DNA of 64,000 nucleotides, taken from Mycobacteriales bacterium. Lineage in GTDB: Bacteria; Actinomycetota; Actinomycetes; JAFAQI01. The position numbers were made by a program, and so were the translations under genes. Shown here piece after piece: positions 7,963 to 16,057 of the stretch. The DNA lies in contig DATAVE010000117.1 of the NCBI GenBank assembly GCA_036267875.1, positions 25,785 to 89,784 of the forward strand, read 5' to 3'. The notes under the pieces are model-generated. The model ran no database searches. It saw only the letters and a list, made by a program, of their open reading frames with translations, and had not been told where the DNA came from. Position 1 is the first letter of the stretch. The number at the start of each line of letters is the position of its first letter.

Positions 7963-9141
7963 ATGGCCGACTACCCGCTGTATGACGCGGATCAGCACTA
8001 CTACGAGGCCGCCGACACCTTCACCCGACACCTCGATCCGGCCTACACCTACGCGTTCCGGTGGCAGACCGACCAGCAGACCGGGCGTACGAACCTGCTG
8101 ATCGGCGACCGGCTGTTCTCGATGATCTCCAACCCGACCTTCGATCCGGTCGGGAAGCCGGGTGCGCTTGCGGCCTACTTCCGCGGCGAGAACACCGAGG
8201 GTGCCGACGTCAAGAAGATGATGGGCAAGCTGGAGCCGATCCGCCCGGAGTACCGCAGTCGGGATGCCCGGGTCGCCGTGCTCGACCAGCAGGGACTCGG
8301 TGCGGCGTTCCTGCTGCCGACCCTGGCGCTCGGCATCGAGCAGCTGCTCAACGACGACGCGCCCGCGCTCTACGCCGTGATGCACGCGCTCAACGCCTGG
8401 ATCGACGACGAGTGGGGATTTGCCCGCGACAACCGGATCGTCGCACCACCTGTGCTGTCTCTCGTCGATCCCGACTCGGCCGTCAAGGAGCTCGGCTGGG
8501 TGATCGAGCGTGGCGCGAAGGCAATCGTGTTCCGGCCGGCGCCGGTCGTCGCAGGAACTACCTGCCGCTCGATGGCCGACCCGCTCTACGACCAGTTCTG
8601 GTCGATGTGTGAGGACGCCGAAGTGGCCGTGGCCTTCCACGCTGCGGACTCGGGCTACGGCATGGACCTTGCGCGATGGGGCGAGCGGCCCAAGTTCGGG
8701 ACGGCGGCCGCGTCGGCGTTCTCCGAGGTGCTCTCCGCTCACATGGAGCGACCGATCAGCGACACCATTGCAGCGTTCATCTGTCATGGCGCGTTGTCTC
8801 GGCATCCTGGCCTGAAGCTGGTCACGGTCGAGCTGGGGTCCGGCTGGGTCGGCGACCTGCTCCGGCGGATGAAGAACGCCTACGGCAAGGTGCCTTATCT
8901 GTTCCCGTGCGACCCGATCGAGGCATTCCACGGCAAGGTCTACGTCACGCCGTTCCAGGAAGACAGCGTCAGCAGTCTGCTCGACCACATGAACGTCGAT
9001 CGGATCCTGTTCGGCTCGGACTGGCCACATCCGGAGGGGTGCGCGGAGCCGGCCGACGCGCTGCGCGACGTGGCAGATCTCCCCCCGGCCCAGCAGCGGC
9101 GGATCATGGCGGACAACCTCAAGGAGCTACTCGCGCTCTAG
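7963..9141 (+). CDS. Amidohydrolase_2 (ACMSD/LigW-type TIM-barrel) family protein
   Basis: GAGGAG 6 nt upstream of ATG 7963; LYDADQHYYE near N-terminus, ILFGSDWPHPEG near C-terminus. Confidence 0.75.
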   Translation: MADYPLYDADQHYYEAADTFTRHLDPAYTYAFRWQTDQQTGRTNLLIGDRLFSMISNPTFDPVGKPGALAAYFRGENTEGADVKKMMGKLEPIRPEYRSRDARVAVLDQQGLGAAFLLPTLALGIEQLLNDDAPALYAVMHALNAWIDDEWGFARDNRIVAPPVLSLVDPDSAVKELGWVIERGAKAIVFRPAPVVAGTTCRSMADPLYDQFWSMCEDAEVAVAFHAADSGYGMDLARWGERPKFGTAAASAFSEVLSAHMERPISDTIAAFICHGALSRHPGLKLVTVELGSGWVGDLLRRMKNAYGKVPYLFPCDPIEAFHGKVYVTPFQEDSVSSLLDHMNVDRILFGSDWPHPEGCAEPADALRDVADLPPAQQRRIMADNLKELLAL

Positions 9142-9154
9142 CCAGGCAGTAGGT

Positions 9155-9177
9155 CGCGCGCCCTTACGTGGCGCGCG
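9155..9177. terminator. GC-rich hairpin between convergent amidohydrolase genes (candidate bidirectional terminator)
   Basis: CGCGCGCC (9155..9162) / GGCGCGCG (9170..9177), 7-nt loop; right arm overlaps the 3' end of 9164..10339; no clear U-tract. Confidence 0.4.
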
Positions 9178-10339
9178 GGAAGCGCAGCATCCGCCGGGCG
9201 TTGTCCTCGACGATCTTTGATACCTCGTCGTCTGGCACGTCCCCGAGAACCTCGGTTGCGCGCTTGCGTGAGTTCGGCCAGTTGGAGTCGGAGTGCGGGT
9301 AGTCGATCTCGAGCATGATGCGGTCGATGCCGATCGTGTGCCGATTCGCCAGGCCGTGCTCGTCATCGATGAAGCAGCCCCAGAAGTGCTGCTTGAACAG
9401 GTCTGAGGGACGCGCGTCGAAGTCGATCGCCTGGTACCAGCGGTGTCGCTCCCAGGTGTAGTCCGCTCGTTCGAGGATGTAGGGAATCCATCCGATCCCG
9501 CCTTCGGCGAGGGAGAACTGAAGGTTCGGGAAGCGCTGCAGCGCGCCGGAGAACAGCAGATCGAGGGTCGTCCACATCAGGTTCGTGGCGAAGCTCGCGA
9601 TCGCGACTGCGAAGGGCGCGTCCGGAAGCACCATCTGGCCGGGCACGGTGCGCATCCCGGAGAACGAGAAGCCCGGGACGTACGTCGAGGACCCGAAATG
9701 CAGAGAAAGAGGGATCTCGGCCGCTTGGCAGACGTCCCAGAGCGGGTCCCAGTAGTTGGTGTGGAAGCTCGGCATGTCCAGTGGGACCGGACTGTCGGGG
9801 AACGTGAACGTTCGCACGCCCTTGGCCGCCACCCGCTTCGCCTCTGTGACGCTCAGGTCGATGTCCCAGGTCGGCAGGATGGCAAGGGGGATGAATCGCT
9901 CGGGAGCGGACGCGCACCACTCGTCGACCATGAAGTCGTTCCATGCCTGAACACAAGCGAGGGCGAGGTCCTTGTCCTTCGCGCGATGGAACACCCCACC
10001 GGCGAAGCCCGGCATCGAGGGGAAGCAGAGCGCGGCCTGAACGCCGTCGAGGTCCATGTCCTTTACCCGCTCGGCCGAGTCGTAGCAGCCGGGGATCATG
10101 TCCTCGTAGCGCAGCGGGTCCATCCCGTAGTCCTTGGGCTCCTTGCCCGCGACTGCGTTCAGGCCGATGTTCGGGATCAGGCCGTCCTCGTAGAGCCACA
10201 CGTGGTTGCCCTCGTCGGTCTCGACGATCCGCGGGCCGACGTCGTGATACTTGGCCGGCATCCGGTCGAGCCAGACCCTTGGGTGCTCGATCAGATGATC
10301 GTCGACCGAGACGATCTGGTGGCGGTCCTGTAGTGGCAT
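9164..10339 (-). CDS. Amidohydrolase_2 family protein (paralog of 44312..45514)
   Basis: GGAGA upstream of ATG; IVSVDDHLIEHPRVW, YEDMIPGCYD, WNDFMVDEWC, EIDYPHSDSNWPNS; collinear with 44312..45514. Confidence 0.8.
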   Translation of the reverse strand: MPLQDRHQIVSVDDHLIEHPRVWLDRMPAKYHDVGPRIVETDEGNHVWLYEDGLIPNIGLNAVAGKEPKDYGMDPLRYEDMIPGCYDSAERVKDMDLDGVQAALCFPSMPGFAGGVFHRAKDKDLALACVQAWNDFMVDEWCASAPERFIPLAILPTWDIDLSVTEAKRVAAKGVRTFTFPDSPVPLDMPSFHTNYWDPLWDVCQAAEIPLSLHFGSSTYVPGFSFSGMRTVPGQMVLPDAPFAVAIASFATNLMWTTLDLLFSGALQRFPNLQFSLAEGGIGWIPYILERADYTWERHRWYQAIDFDARPSDLFKQHFWGCFIDDEHGLANRHTIGIDRIMLEIDYPHSDSNWPNSRKRATEVLGDVPDDEVSKIVEDNARRMLRFPRAT

Positions 10340-10358
10340 CGCTGTCTCCGAGACGTGG

Positions 10359-10385
10359 GCCGGTATCTCATCTAAACTTATACCG
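10359..10385. promoter_or_regulatory. GCCGGTATCTCAT box plus dyad CGGTAT-N13-ATACCG in divergent intergenic region
   Basis: TATCTCAT at 10364..10371; shares 8-mer with 23194..23201(-) and 29285..29292; shares GCCGGTATC with 10736..10744. Confidence 0.4.
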
Positions 10386-10414
10386 TTGTTAACGATTTCA
10401 CAGCCGAGTGAGCG

Positions 10415-10699
10415 ATGCCCGACGAACCCGACCTGAACCTGCCGCTGACCCGTCCCGACGAGGACGACCAGGATCTGCTGACCTACGGCGAGGCAGGCGT
10501 CCGGCTTCAGGACGAGGTGGCGGCGATGCGGGTTCGGGTGGCCGAGCTCGAGACTGCCGGTGACGACGCGGCTCCTGCTCGGCTACGGCTGGAGGCGCTC
10601 GAGGGGGCCGCGGAGCGACATGCTCGGCAACGAATCAACGATGAGAACTTCGAGAGGTTCTTCGGCTACGCGGGCAAGGCCCGGCGGACCGAGTCATAG
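10415..10699 (+). CDS. Small acidic hypothetical protein (94 aa), predicted helical C-terminal half
   Basis: ATG ORF with G/C-rich third positions, fills gap between divergent amidohydrolase and GntR genes; no recognisable domain. Confidence 0.5.
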   Translation: MPDEPDLNLPLTRPDEDDQDLLTYGEAGVRLQDEVAAMRVRVAELETAGDDAAPARLRLEALEGAAERHARQRINDENFERFFGYAGKARRTES

Positions 10700-10735
10700 G
10701 CAGCGGTGCAACAGGACAAAGGATTGAAACAGGTC

Positions 10736-10744
10736 GCCGGTATC
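10736..10744. promoter_or_regulatory. GCCGGTATC repeat copy upstream of GntR gene (possible autoregulatory half-site)
   Basis: Identical 9-mer to 10359..10367; 35 nt upstream of GTG 10779. Confidence 0.3.
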
Positions 10745-10778
10745 GTCGGCGCCAGGATTCCGACTCCAAGGAGCGTCA

Positions 10779-11531
10779 GTGACCGCGGTACAGGATGCGA
10801 TCCGGGTGCCGAAGGCTGCCGAGCTGGTGGCGGCAACGCTGCGTCGGCAGATCGTCGTAGGAGAGCTGGAGGAGGGTGCGTCACTGCCGTCCGAGGCGAC
10901 ACTGCTGGCTCAGTTCCATGTGAGCCGTCCGACGCTTCGCGAGGCGTTTCGGATCCTCGAGTCCGAGTCGCTGATCCAGATCCGGCGCGGCTCGCGAGGC
11001 GGGGCAAAGGTTCAGGTGCCGAACGGCGATGTCGCCGCCCGCTACGCGGGATACGTACTGGAGTATCGCGGCACTCTGATGTCCGATGTGTTCGTCGCTC
11101 GCGCCGAGGTCGAGGCACCGCTTGCCCGGCTGCTCACCGCGCGGGCCAAGCCGGCGCAGGTCAAGCGGCTCGAGGCTGCGATCGAGGCAGCGGCGCCGCA
11201 CGTCAACGATCCCGGCGCGTACGACGAGCACGACGTCGCCTTTCATCAGCTGGTCTCAGAGCTTGCCGGCAACAGCACGATGTCCGTCGTAGTCGACATG
11301 CTGTACCACATCGTCGGTACGGCGCGGCGCCGCTATGTGACGAGCGCCGCGCCGACCGCGCTTCTTGTCGAGTACAAGCAGGTGCACAAGACGCACGCGA
11401 AGCTGGTCGAGCTCGTCAAGGCTGGCGATCCGGATGCCGCTGAGGCGTTCTGGCGCAGCCACCTCGAAGAGGTCAACAGGCACTATCTCGCCCGGCCGAT
11501 GGCGAAAACGGTCGTCGAGATGATGACCTGA
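10779..11531 (+). CDS. GntR/FadR-family transcriptional regulator (complete)
   Basis: AAGGAG upstream of GTG 10779; N-terminal wHTH (LPSEATLLAQFHVSRPTLREAFRILESESLIQIRRGSRGG) + FCD-like C-terminal domain. Confidence 0.85.
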   Translation: MTAVQDAIRVPKAAELVAATLRRQIVVGELEEGASLPSEATLLAQFHVSRPTLREAFRILESESLIQIRRGSRGGAKVQVPNGDVAARYAGYVLEYRGTLMSDVFVARAEVEAPLARLLTARAKPAQVKRLEAAIEAAAPHVNDPGAYDEHDVAFHQLVSELAGNSTMSVVVDMLYHIVGTARRRYVTSAAPTALLVEYKQVHKTHAKLVELVKAGDPDAAEAFWRSHLEEVNRHYLARPMAKTVVEMMT

Positions 11532-11538
11532 TGCGCGC

Positions 11539-12702
11539 CTAGGGTTTCGCCGTACCGAGGATGGTGACGGCGGCGACGGCGGTAGGACCGCCGACATTGT
11601 GCGCCAGCCCGAGCGAAGGCAACGACGCGACCTGGTTGGCCGCCGTACCCCGTAGCTGGGAGAAGATCTCGAAGCACTGGGCAACGCCGGTCGCGCCGGG
11701 CGGATGCCCCTTGGCCTTCAGGCCACCGCTCGGGTTCACCGGAAGCCGACCCGTCATCGTGGTCTCGCCGGCCTCCAGCGCCTTCGCGGCGCCGAACCGT
11801 GGCACGAAGCCGAGATCCTCGTAGCTGATCATCTCGATGGTGCTGAAGCAGTCGTGGACCTCGGCGACCTGGATGTCCGCGGCATCGACGCCCGCCATCT
11901 GGTAGGCGGCCTTCGCCGCTTTCACCGTCGCCGGGAAGGTCGTCATGTCCGCCTTGTGCTGGTGCATCACGCGGTCGAGGCCGAGTCCGACGCCGCGGAT
12001 CCACACGGGCTTGTCGGTGTAGCGGTCGACGACCTCCTCACCGCAGATGATGAGCGCCGCTGCGCCGTCGCTCTGCGGCGTGCAGTCGTACAAGCCGAAC
12101 GGCGCCACGACCATCGGAGCCGACAGCACCTGTTCCATCGTTACCTCGAAGCGCATCTGGGCTTTCGGGTTCGGTACGGCGTTGGCGTGGTTCTTCACGG
12201 CAACCATCGCCATGTGTTCGCGAGTCGCACCTGACTCGTGCAAGTAGCGCTGCGCGTGCAAGGCGAAGTTCGCGGGTGCGACCAGCCCGAGCGGGTAGTC
12301 CCACGCCATGTCGCGGGTCATCGCCATCCAGTCCCAGAACGTCGTCTGGCTGGAGGTCTCCCGCACCTTGTCGGCGCCGGCGACGAGGGCGACATCGACG
12401 TAGCCGCTCGCGACTGCGAAGAAGGCGTTGCGCAGTGTGTCGTTGCCGGTCGCGCACGCGTTCTCGAGATGGGAGACCGGGATGTCGACGAGGCCGCACT
12501 GGTCGGCGAGGATGCCCGCGGCGAACCCGTCCGTGGAGACCAGCTCGCCGAACCAGGCGGCATTGATCTCGGTGCGGTCGAGCCCCTTGTCGACGGCGTC
12601 GATCGCTTCGGTCACCGCCATCGGCAACAGGTCCTTGATTCCCAGATCGAAATGCTCGGCGAACGGCGTCATACCGGCGCCGACGATCGCGACGCGCCTC
12701 AT
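11539..12702 (-). CDS. SCP-x/Ltp-type thiolase with canonical catalytic residues
   Basis: MRRVAIVGAGMTPF; nucleophile region LENACATGND; AEVHDCF and GGLKAKGHPPGATG motifs present; ATGA overlap with upstream gene. Confidence 0.85.
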   Translation of the reverse strand: MRRVAIVGAGMTPFAEHFDLGIKDLLPMAVTEAIDAVDKGLDRTEINAAWFGELVSTDGFAAGILADQCGLVDIPVSHLENACATGNDTLRNAFFAVASGYVDVALVAGADKVRETSSQTTFWDWMAMTRDMAWDYPLGLVAPANFALHAQRYLHESGATREHMAMVAVKNHANAVPNPKAQMRFEVTMEQVLSAPMVVAPFGLYDCTPQSDGAAALIICGEEVVDRYTDKPVWIRGVGLGLDRVMHQHKADMTTFPATVKAAKAAYQMAGVDAADIQVAEVHDCFSTIEMISYEDLGFVPRFGAAKALEAGETTMTGRLPVNPSGGLKAKGHPPGATGVAQCFEIFSQLRGTAANQVASLPSLGLAHNVGGPTAVAAVTILGTAKP

Positions 12703-13886
12703 CGGGCCGCCTCCTCAGGGACGAATGCGTAGCCATAGTCGGGAACTCCGGCACGAACTGCGATCCGGCGCAGCACCACGTTGCCGCAGTCACCGATCGC
12801 GGTGCTCCCCGGGTCGGCGTCGGTGACGGGCGCGAGCAGCCGGACGCCGCTGTCGCCGAGGTCGACGATCGCGAGGTCGTAGGGGGTCAACAGCCCGGGG
12901 ACGGGGACGTGGACGCTGACGGCCGTATAGACAGTGGCGTCGCGGGGGAGTGGTGCCAGCGCCGAGCTCGCCTCGGCGCCGCACTGCGAGCACCGGTAGC
13001 GCTGGGGGAGGTCGAGATTGCCGCACTCCGAGCACTTGCCGGCGGCAAGTCGTACCTTGCCGTCGAACGCGCGCTCGTAGGCCGGCAGCGAGATCTTGAC
13101 CTCGGCGTCGGCGACGCTGCGCCGTCTTGGCAGGCTCCGCGGCACCGGACAATGAGTCGAGCGCGCGGTGTGTCCGGTCGTGAGACTCACCGCTGACGCG
13201 GTCCCTTGCTCGGTGGCGACGACTGTTCCTGGCGTCTCGGCGTCGATCGCAGCGGCAAGCGCGAACAGCGCTGACGACGCACCGGTCGTCGGCAGCGGCG
13301 AGGGCTTGCCTTCTACGTAGCCGGCAGCATCCTTGGCCGAGACTCCGGCGACCACGATGGGCTTGGTGCTCAGAGCGAGCGCGGTCATCGCCGCGCCGAG
13401 GCCGCGGACTCGCAGCAGCCGAGGATCGGCGTAGTCGAAGACTGCGCCCTGGCTGTCCCGAACGAGCACGGGCAAGCTTCGTTCGGCGCGACTCAGCGGC
13501 TCGAGGGTCGCGCCGTCGACCCCACCAAGAACGACGGCCGCCGCTCCGGCGGCGCCGGTGACGTCGACCGCGACCACGAGCGTGCCGGGCTCACTTGACG
13601 CTGCCAGGTCCAATGCGGTGGGCGCACCGCCGACCACGATCGTTGCGAGCACGTCTGTGCCGAGGTCCAGCCCGGCAATGAGCACTGCCTCCGCGCTGCC
13701 CTCCAGCGTCGGCAGGTCGCGGGTCACCAGTACGACGCGGTCGACCGGACCTGCTGCGGTCGCGATTGCGGCGCGACCGGCGGCGACCGCCATCGTGATC
13801 GCGTCCTCGTCCGGGCCGGCCACGCGCTGGCGGTCGTCGCCCCATCGGGGAACGTAGGTCGCGAGAGACTGCAGCCGAGCCGTCAT
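12699..13886 (-). CDS. Cys-less thiolase/HMG-CoA-synthase-like N-terminal domain fused to DUF35 (Zn-ribbon + OB-fold) C-terminal domain
   Basis: N-term LATYVPRWGD..PDEDAITMAVAAGRAAI..VDRVVLVT..VVGGAPTALDLAAS (no Cys in first ~245 aa); C-term CSECGNLDLPQRYRCSQCG followed by OB-like segment. Confidence 0.7.
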   Translation of the reverse strand: MTARLQSLATYVPRWGDDRQRVAGPDEDAITMAVAAGRAAIATAAGPVDRVVLVTRDLPTLEGSAEAVLIAGLDLGTDVLATIVVGGAPTALDLAASSEPGTLVVAVDVTGAAGAAAVVLGGVDGATLEPLSRAERSLPVLVRDSQGAVFDYADPRLLRVRGLGAAMTALALSTKPIVVAGVSAKDAAGYVEGKPSPLPTTGASSALFALAAAIDAETPGTVVATEQGTASAVSLTTGHTARSTHCPVPRSLPRRRSVADAEVKISLPAYERAFDGKVRLAAGKCSECGNLDLPQRYRCSQCGAEASSALAPLPRDATVYTAVSVHVPVPGLLTPYDLAIVDLGDSGVRLLAPVTDADPGSTAIGDCGNVVLRRIAVRAGVPDYGYAFVPEEAAR

Positions 13887-13898
13887 AGTTAGATGATA
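13887..13898 (-). promoter_or_regulatory. TATCAT (-10-like TANNNT) 6 nt upstream of ATG 13886: leaderless-transcript signature
   Basis: Minus strand reads cTTATCATctaactATG; no SD sequence. Confidence 0.35.
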
Positions 13899-13926
13899 AG
13901 GCTGATTGAGACAAACGGATTACGCC

Positions 13927-15114
13927 TCAGCGTGTGGTCGCTTCCCGCCACGAGATGTGCTTGTCGACCCGCGGCTCGGCAGGAAGTCCGAGTACCCGCT
14001 CGCCCAGGATGTTGTGCAAGATCTCCGACGTACCACCCTCGATCGAGTTCGCACGGGCTCGAAGGTAGGCGCGCATCGGGGTGTCGAAGGTGTAGTCGCT
14101 GAGCCCGGCATCGGCGAGCGAGTAGCTGCCGAACAGCATCCCCTCATCGCCGAGCAGGTCGACGCAGAGCTCGGTCGCGGCTTGGTTGAGCCGCACCGTG
14201 TTGAGCTTTGCGATCGATCCCTGGGGGCCGGCGTCACCGGCGTCGCGCAGCGCGTCGCCGCGGCGCATCGTCAGCCGGTTGGCCCGGATCCGCACGTGCA
14301 GGTCGACCAGCCGGTCTCGCAGGACGATCGCCTCGGGGGAGTCCTTGTCGGTCCGGGACTGCCACAGCTCGATGGCGTTGGCGAGGGCCGGCTCGGCCGA
14401 CAGCCCTTCGGAGAGCATGAAGCGCTCGTTGGACAGGGTGGTGAGGGCGACGCCCCACCCGCCACCCACGTCGCCGAGTCGCATGGAGTCGGCGATTCGC
14501 GCGTCGGTGAAGAAGACCTCGTTGAACTCCGCATTCCCGGTCATCTGCCGCAACGGTCGGACCTCGACGCCGGTCGCTCGCATGTCACAGATGAAGTAGG
14601 TGAGCCCACGGTGCTTGGGCACGTCGGGGTCGGTGCGCGCGAGCAACATTCCCCAGCGCGCGACGTGGCCCCAGGACGTCCAGACCTTTTGGCCGTCGAT
14701 CACCCACTCCTGGCCGTCTTGGCGGGCCCGCGTCGAGACGTTGGCAAGGTCCGAGCCGGCGCTCGGCTCGCTGAACAGCTGGCACCAGATCTCCTCGCCG
14801 GTGAACAGCGGACGAAGCAGCCGTTGCTGCTGCTGCGCGGTGCCGTGCGCCAGCACGGTGGGCCCGCCCATGCCGTAGCCGAGCGGGTTGCCCGCGAAGC
14901 CGCTCGGGCCACCGGCCGCCGAGATCTGGTCGTTGACGTAGGCCTGCCACTCGACGCCGACGTCCAGCCCGCCGAGGCCGACCGGGAAGGAGACCCACGC
15001 GAGACCGGCGTCGTACTGTGCGCCGAGGAACGCCGTCGGGTCGCCGCCCGGATCCGCCGAGCCGAGCAGCGCCGCCAGCGCCGCGTCTATCTCTTCCACG
15101 CCGGCTAAGCCCAT
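13927..15114 (-). CDS. Acyl-CoA dehydrogenase, alpha-type C-terminus
   Basis: LFSEPSAGSDLANV, VIDGQKVWTS, C-terminal IEGGTSEILHNILGERVLGLP. Confidence 0.85.
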   Translation of the reverse strand: MGLAGVEEIDAALAALLGSADPGGDPTAFLGAQYDAGLAWVSFPVGLGGLDVGVEWQAYVNDQISAAGGPSGFAGNPLGYGMGGPTVLAHGTAQQQQRLLRPLFTGEEIWCQLFSEPSAGSDLANVSTRARQDGQEWVIDGQKVWTSWGHVARWGMLLARTDPDVPKHRGLTYFICDMRATGVEVRPLRQMTGNAEFNEVFFTDARIADSMRLGDVGGGWGVALTTLSNERFMLSEGLSAEPALANAIELWQSRTDKDSPEAIVLRDRLVDLHVRIRANRLTMRRGDALRDAGDAGPQGSIAKLNTVRLNQAATELCVDLLGDEGMLFGSYSLADAGLSDYTFDTPMRAYLRARANSIEGGTSEILHNILGERVLGLPAEPRVDKHISWREATTR

Positions 15115-15115
15115 C

Positions 15116-16033
15116 TCAGGAAGCCGCGACCCGGGCGCCGGTCATGTCGGCATTCGTCGCGGCGTCACGGACCATGCCGGGGATGACCTCGCCGAGCTCG
15201 CCGGGATGCCACTTGTCCTCGCGGGTGATGCTCGGACCGTAGGCCCAGCCTTCGGCTACCGAGATCTTGTTCCCCCAGACGCCGAACACCCGGCCGGTGA
15301 CCTCGGCGGATTCCAAGCTGCCGAGCCACACCACGAGCGGTGAGATCTTGTCAGCCGACACCGATGCCTTCATGGCCTCGTCCATCGCGTCGAAGCCGCC
15401 CAGGTCCTCCGTCATGCGGGTCAGCGCGGTCGGTGCGATCGCGTTGACCGTCACGCCGTAGCGAGCGAGCTCGCCGGCCGCGATGATGGTGAACGCCGCG
15501 ATCCCAGCCTTCGCCGCGCCGTAGTTCGTCTGGCCGAGGTTACCGAACAGCCCGGACGGTGAGGTGGTGTTGATGATCCGGGCGTCCGGTTGGTTGCCGG
15601 CCTTGGACTCGTCTCTCCAGTAGCCGGCGGCGATCCGTGCTGGACCGAAGGTGCCCTTGAGGTGCACCTGGATCACCGAATCCCACTCCGCCTCCGTCAT
15701 GTTGACCAGCATGCGGTCGCGCAGGATGCCCGCATTGTTGACGAGCACATCGAGACCGCCGAAGGTGTCGACCGCGGTGGCGATCAGGCCCTCCGCACCA
15801 GCCCACGTCGAGATGTCATCGGTGTTGGCGACCGCTTCGCCGCCGGCCGCCTTGATCTCGTCGACGACGGCCTGCGCCGGACCGCTCGATCCTCCGGTGC
15901 CGTCCCGTGCCCCACCGAGGTCGTTGACGACGACCTTGGCGCCTTCGCTGGCGAACAGCAACGCGTGCTCGCGGCCGATCCCGTTGCCCGCGCCCGTCAC
16001 GATGACAACGCGTCCGTCGACGACACCGTTCAT
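15116..16033 (-). CDS. SDR-family oxidoreductase (MFE-2/Hsd4A-N-like 3-hydroxyacyl-CoA dehydrogenase type)
   Basis: VVIVTGAGNGIGRE, NNAGI, NYGAAKAG; long C-terminal extension shared with 22251..23150 and 41939..42859. Confidence 0.85.
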   Translation of the reverse strand: MNGVVDGRVVIVTGAGNGIGREHALLFASEGAKVVVNDLGGARDGTGGSSGPAQAVVDEIKAAGGEAVANTDDISTWAGAEGLIATAVDTFGGLDVLVNNAGILRDRMLVNMTEAEWDSVIQVHLKGTFGPARIAAGYWRDESKAGNQPDARIINTTSPSGLFGNLGQTNYGAAKAGIAAFTIIAAGELARYGVTVNAIAPTALTRMTEDLGGFDAMDEAMKASVSADKISPLVVWLGSLESAEVTGRVFGVWGNKISVAEGWAYGPSITREDKWHPGELGEVIPGMVRDAATNADMTGARVAAS

Positions 16034-16057
16034 GGTTGTGCTGCTCCTTCGGTTGGT

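Noticed and set aside
10388-10393. GTTAAC hexamers in three intergenic regions (10388..10393, 17172..17177, 20541..20546) as a possible shared operator
   Set aside because: A 6-bp palindrome is expected several times by chance in 64 kb (rough composition estimate), and the flanks do not align. Only the 8-bp GGTTAACC at 17171 is kept, as part of another observation.
13906-15108. Long antisense ORFs opposite real genes (e.g. 13906..15108 +, 5354..6379 -, 20550..21659 -, 29314..30582 -, 46614..48134 -, 33031..33987 +)
   Set aside because: Their translations are Arg/Pro/Gly/Ala-rich with no recognisable motifs, while the opposite strand encodes clear enzyme families. They are the typical stop-codon-poor shadow frames of high-G+C DNA.
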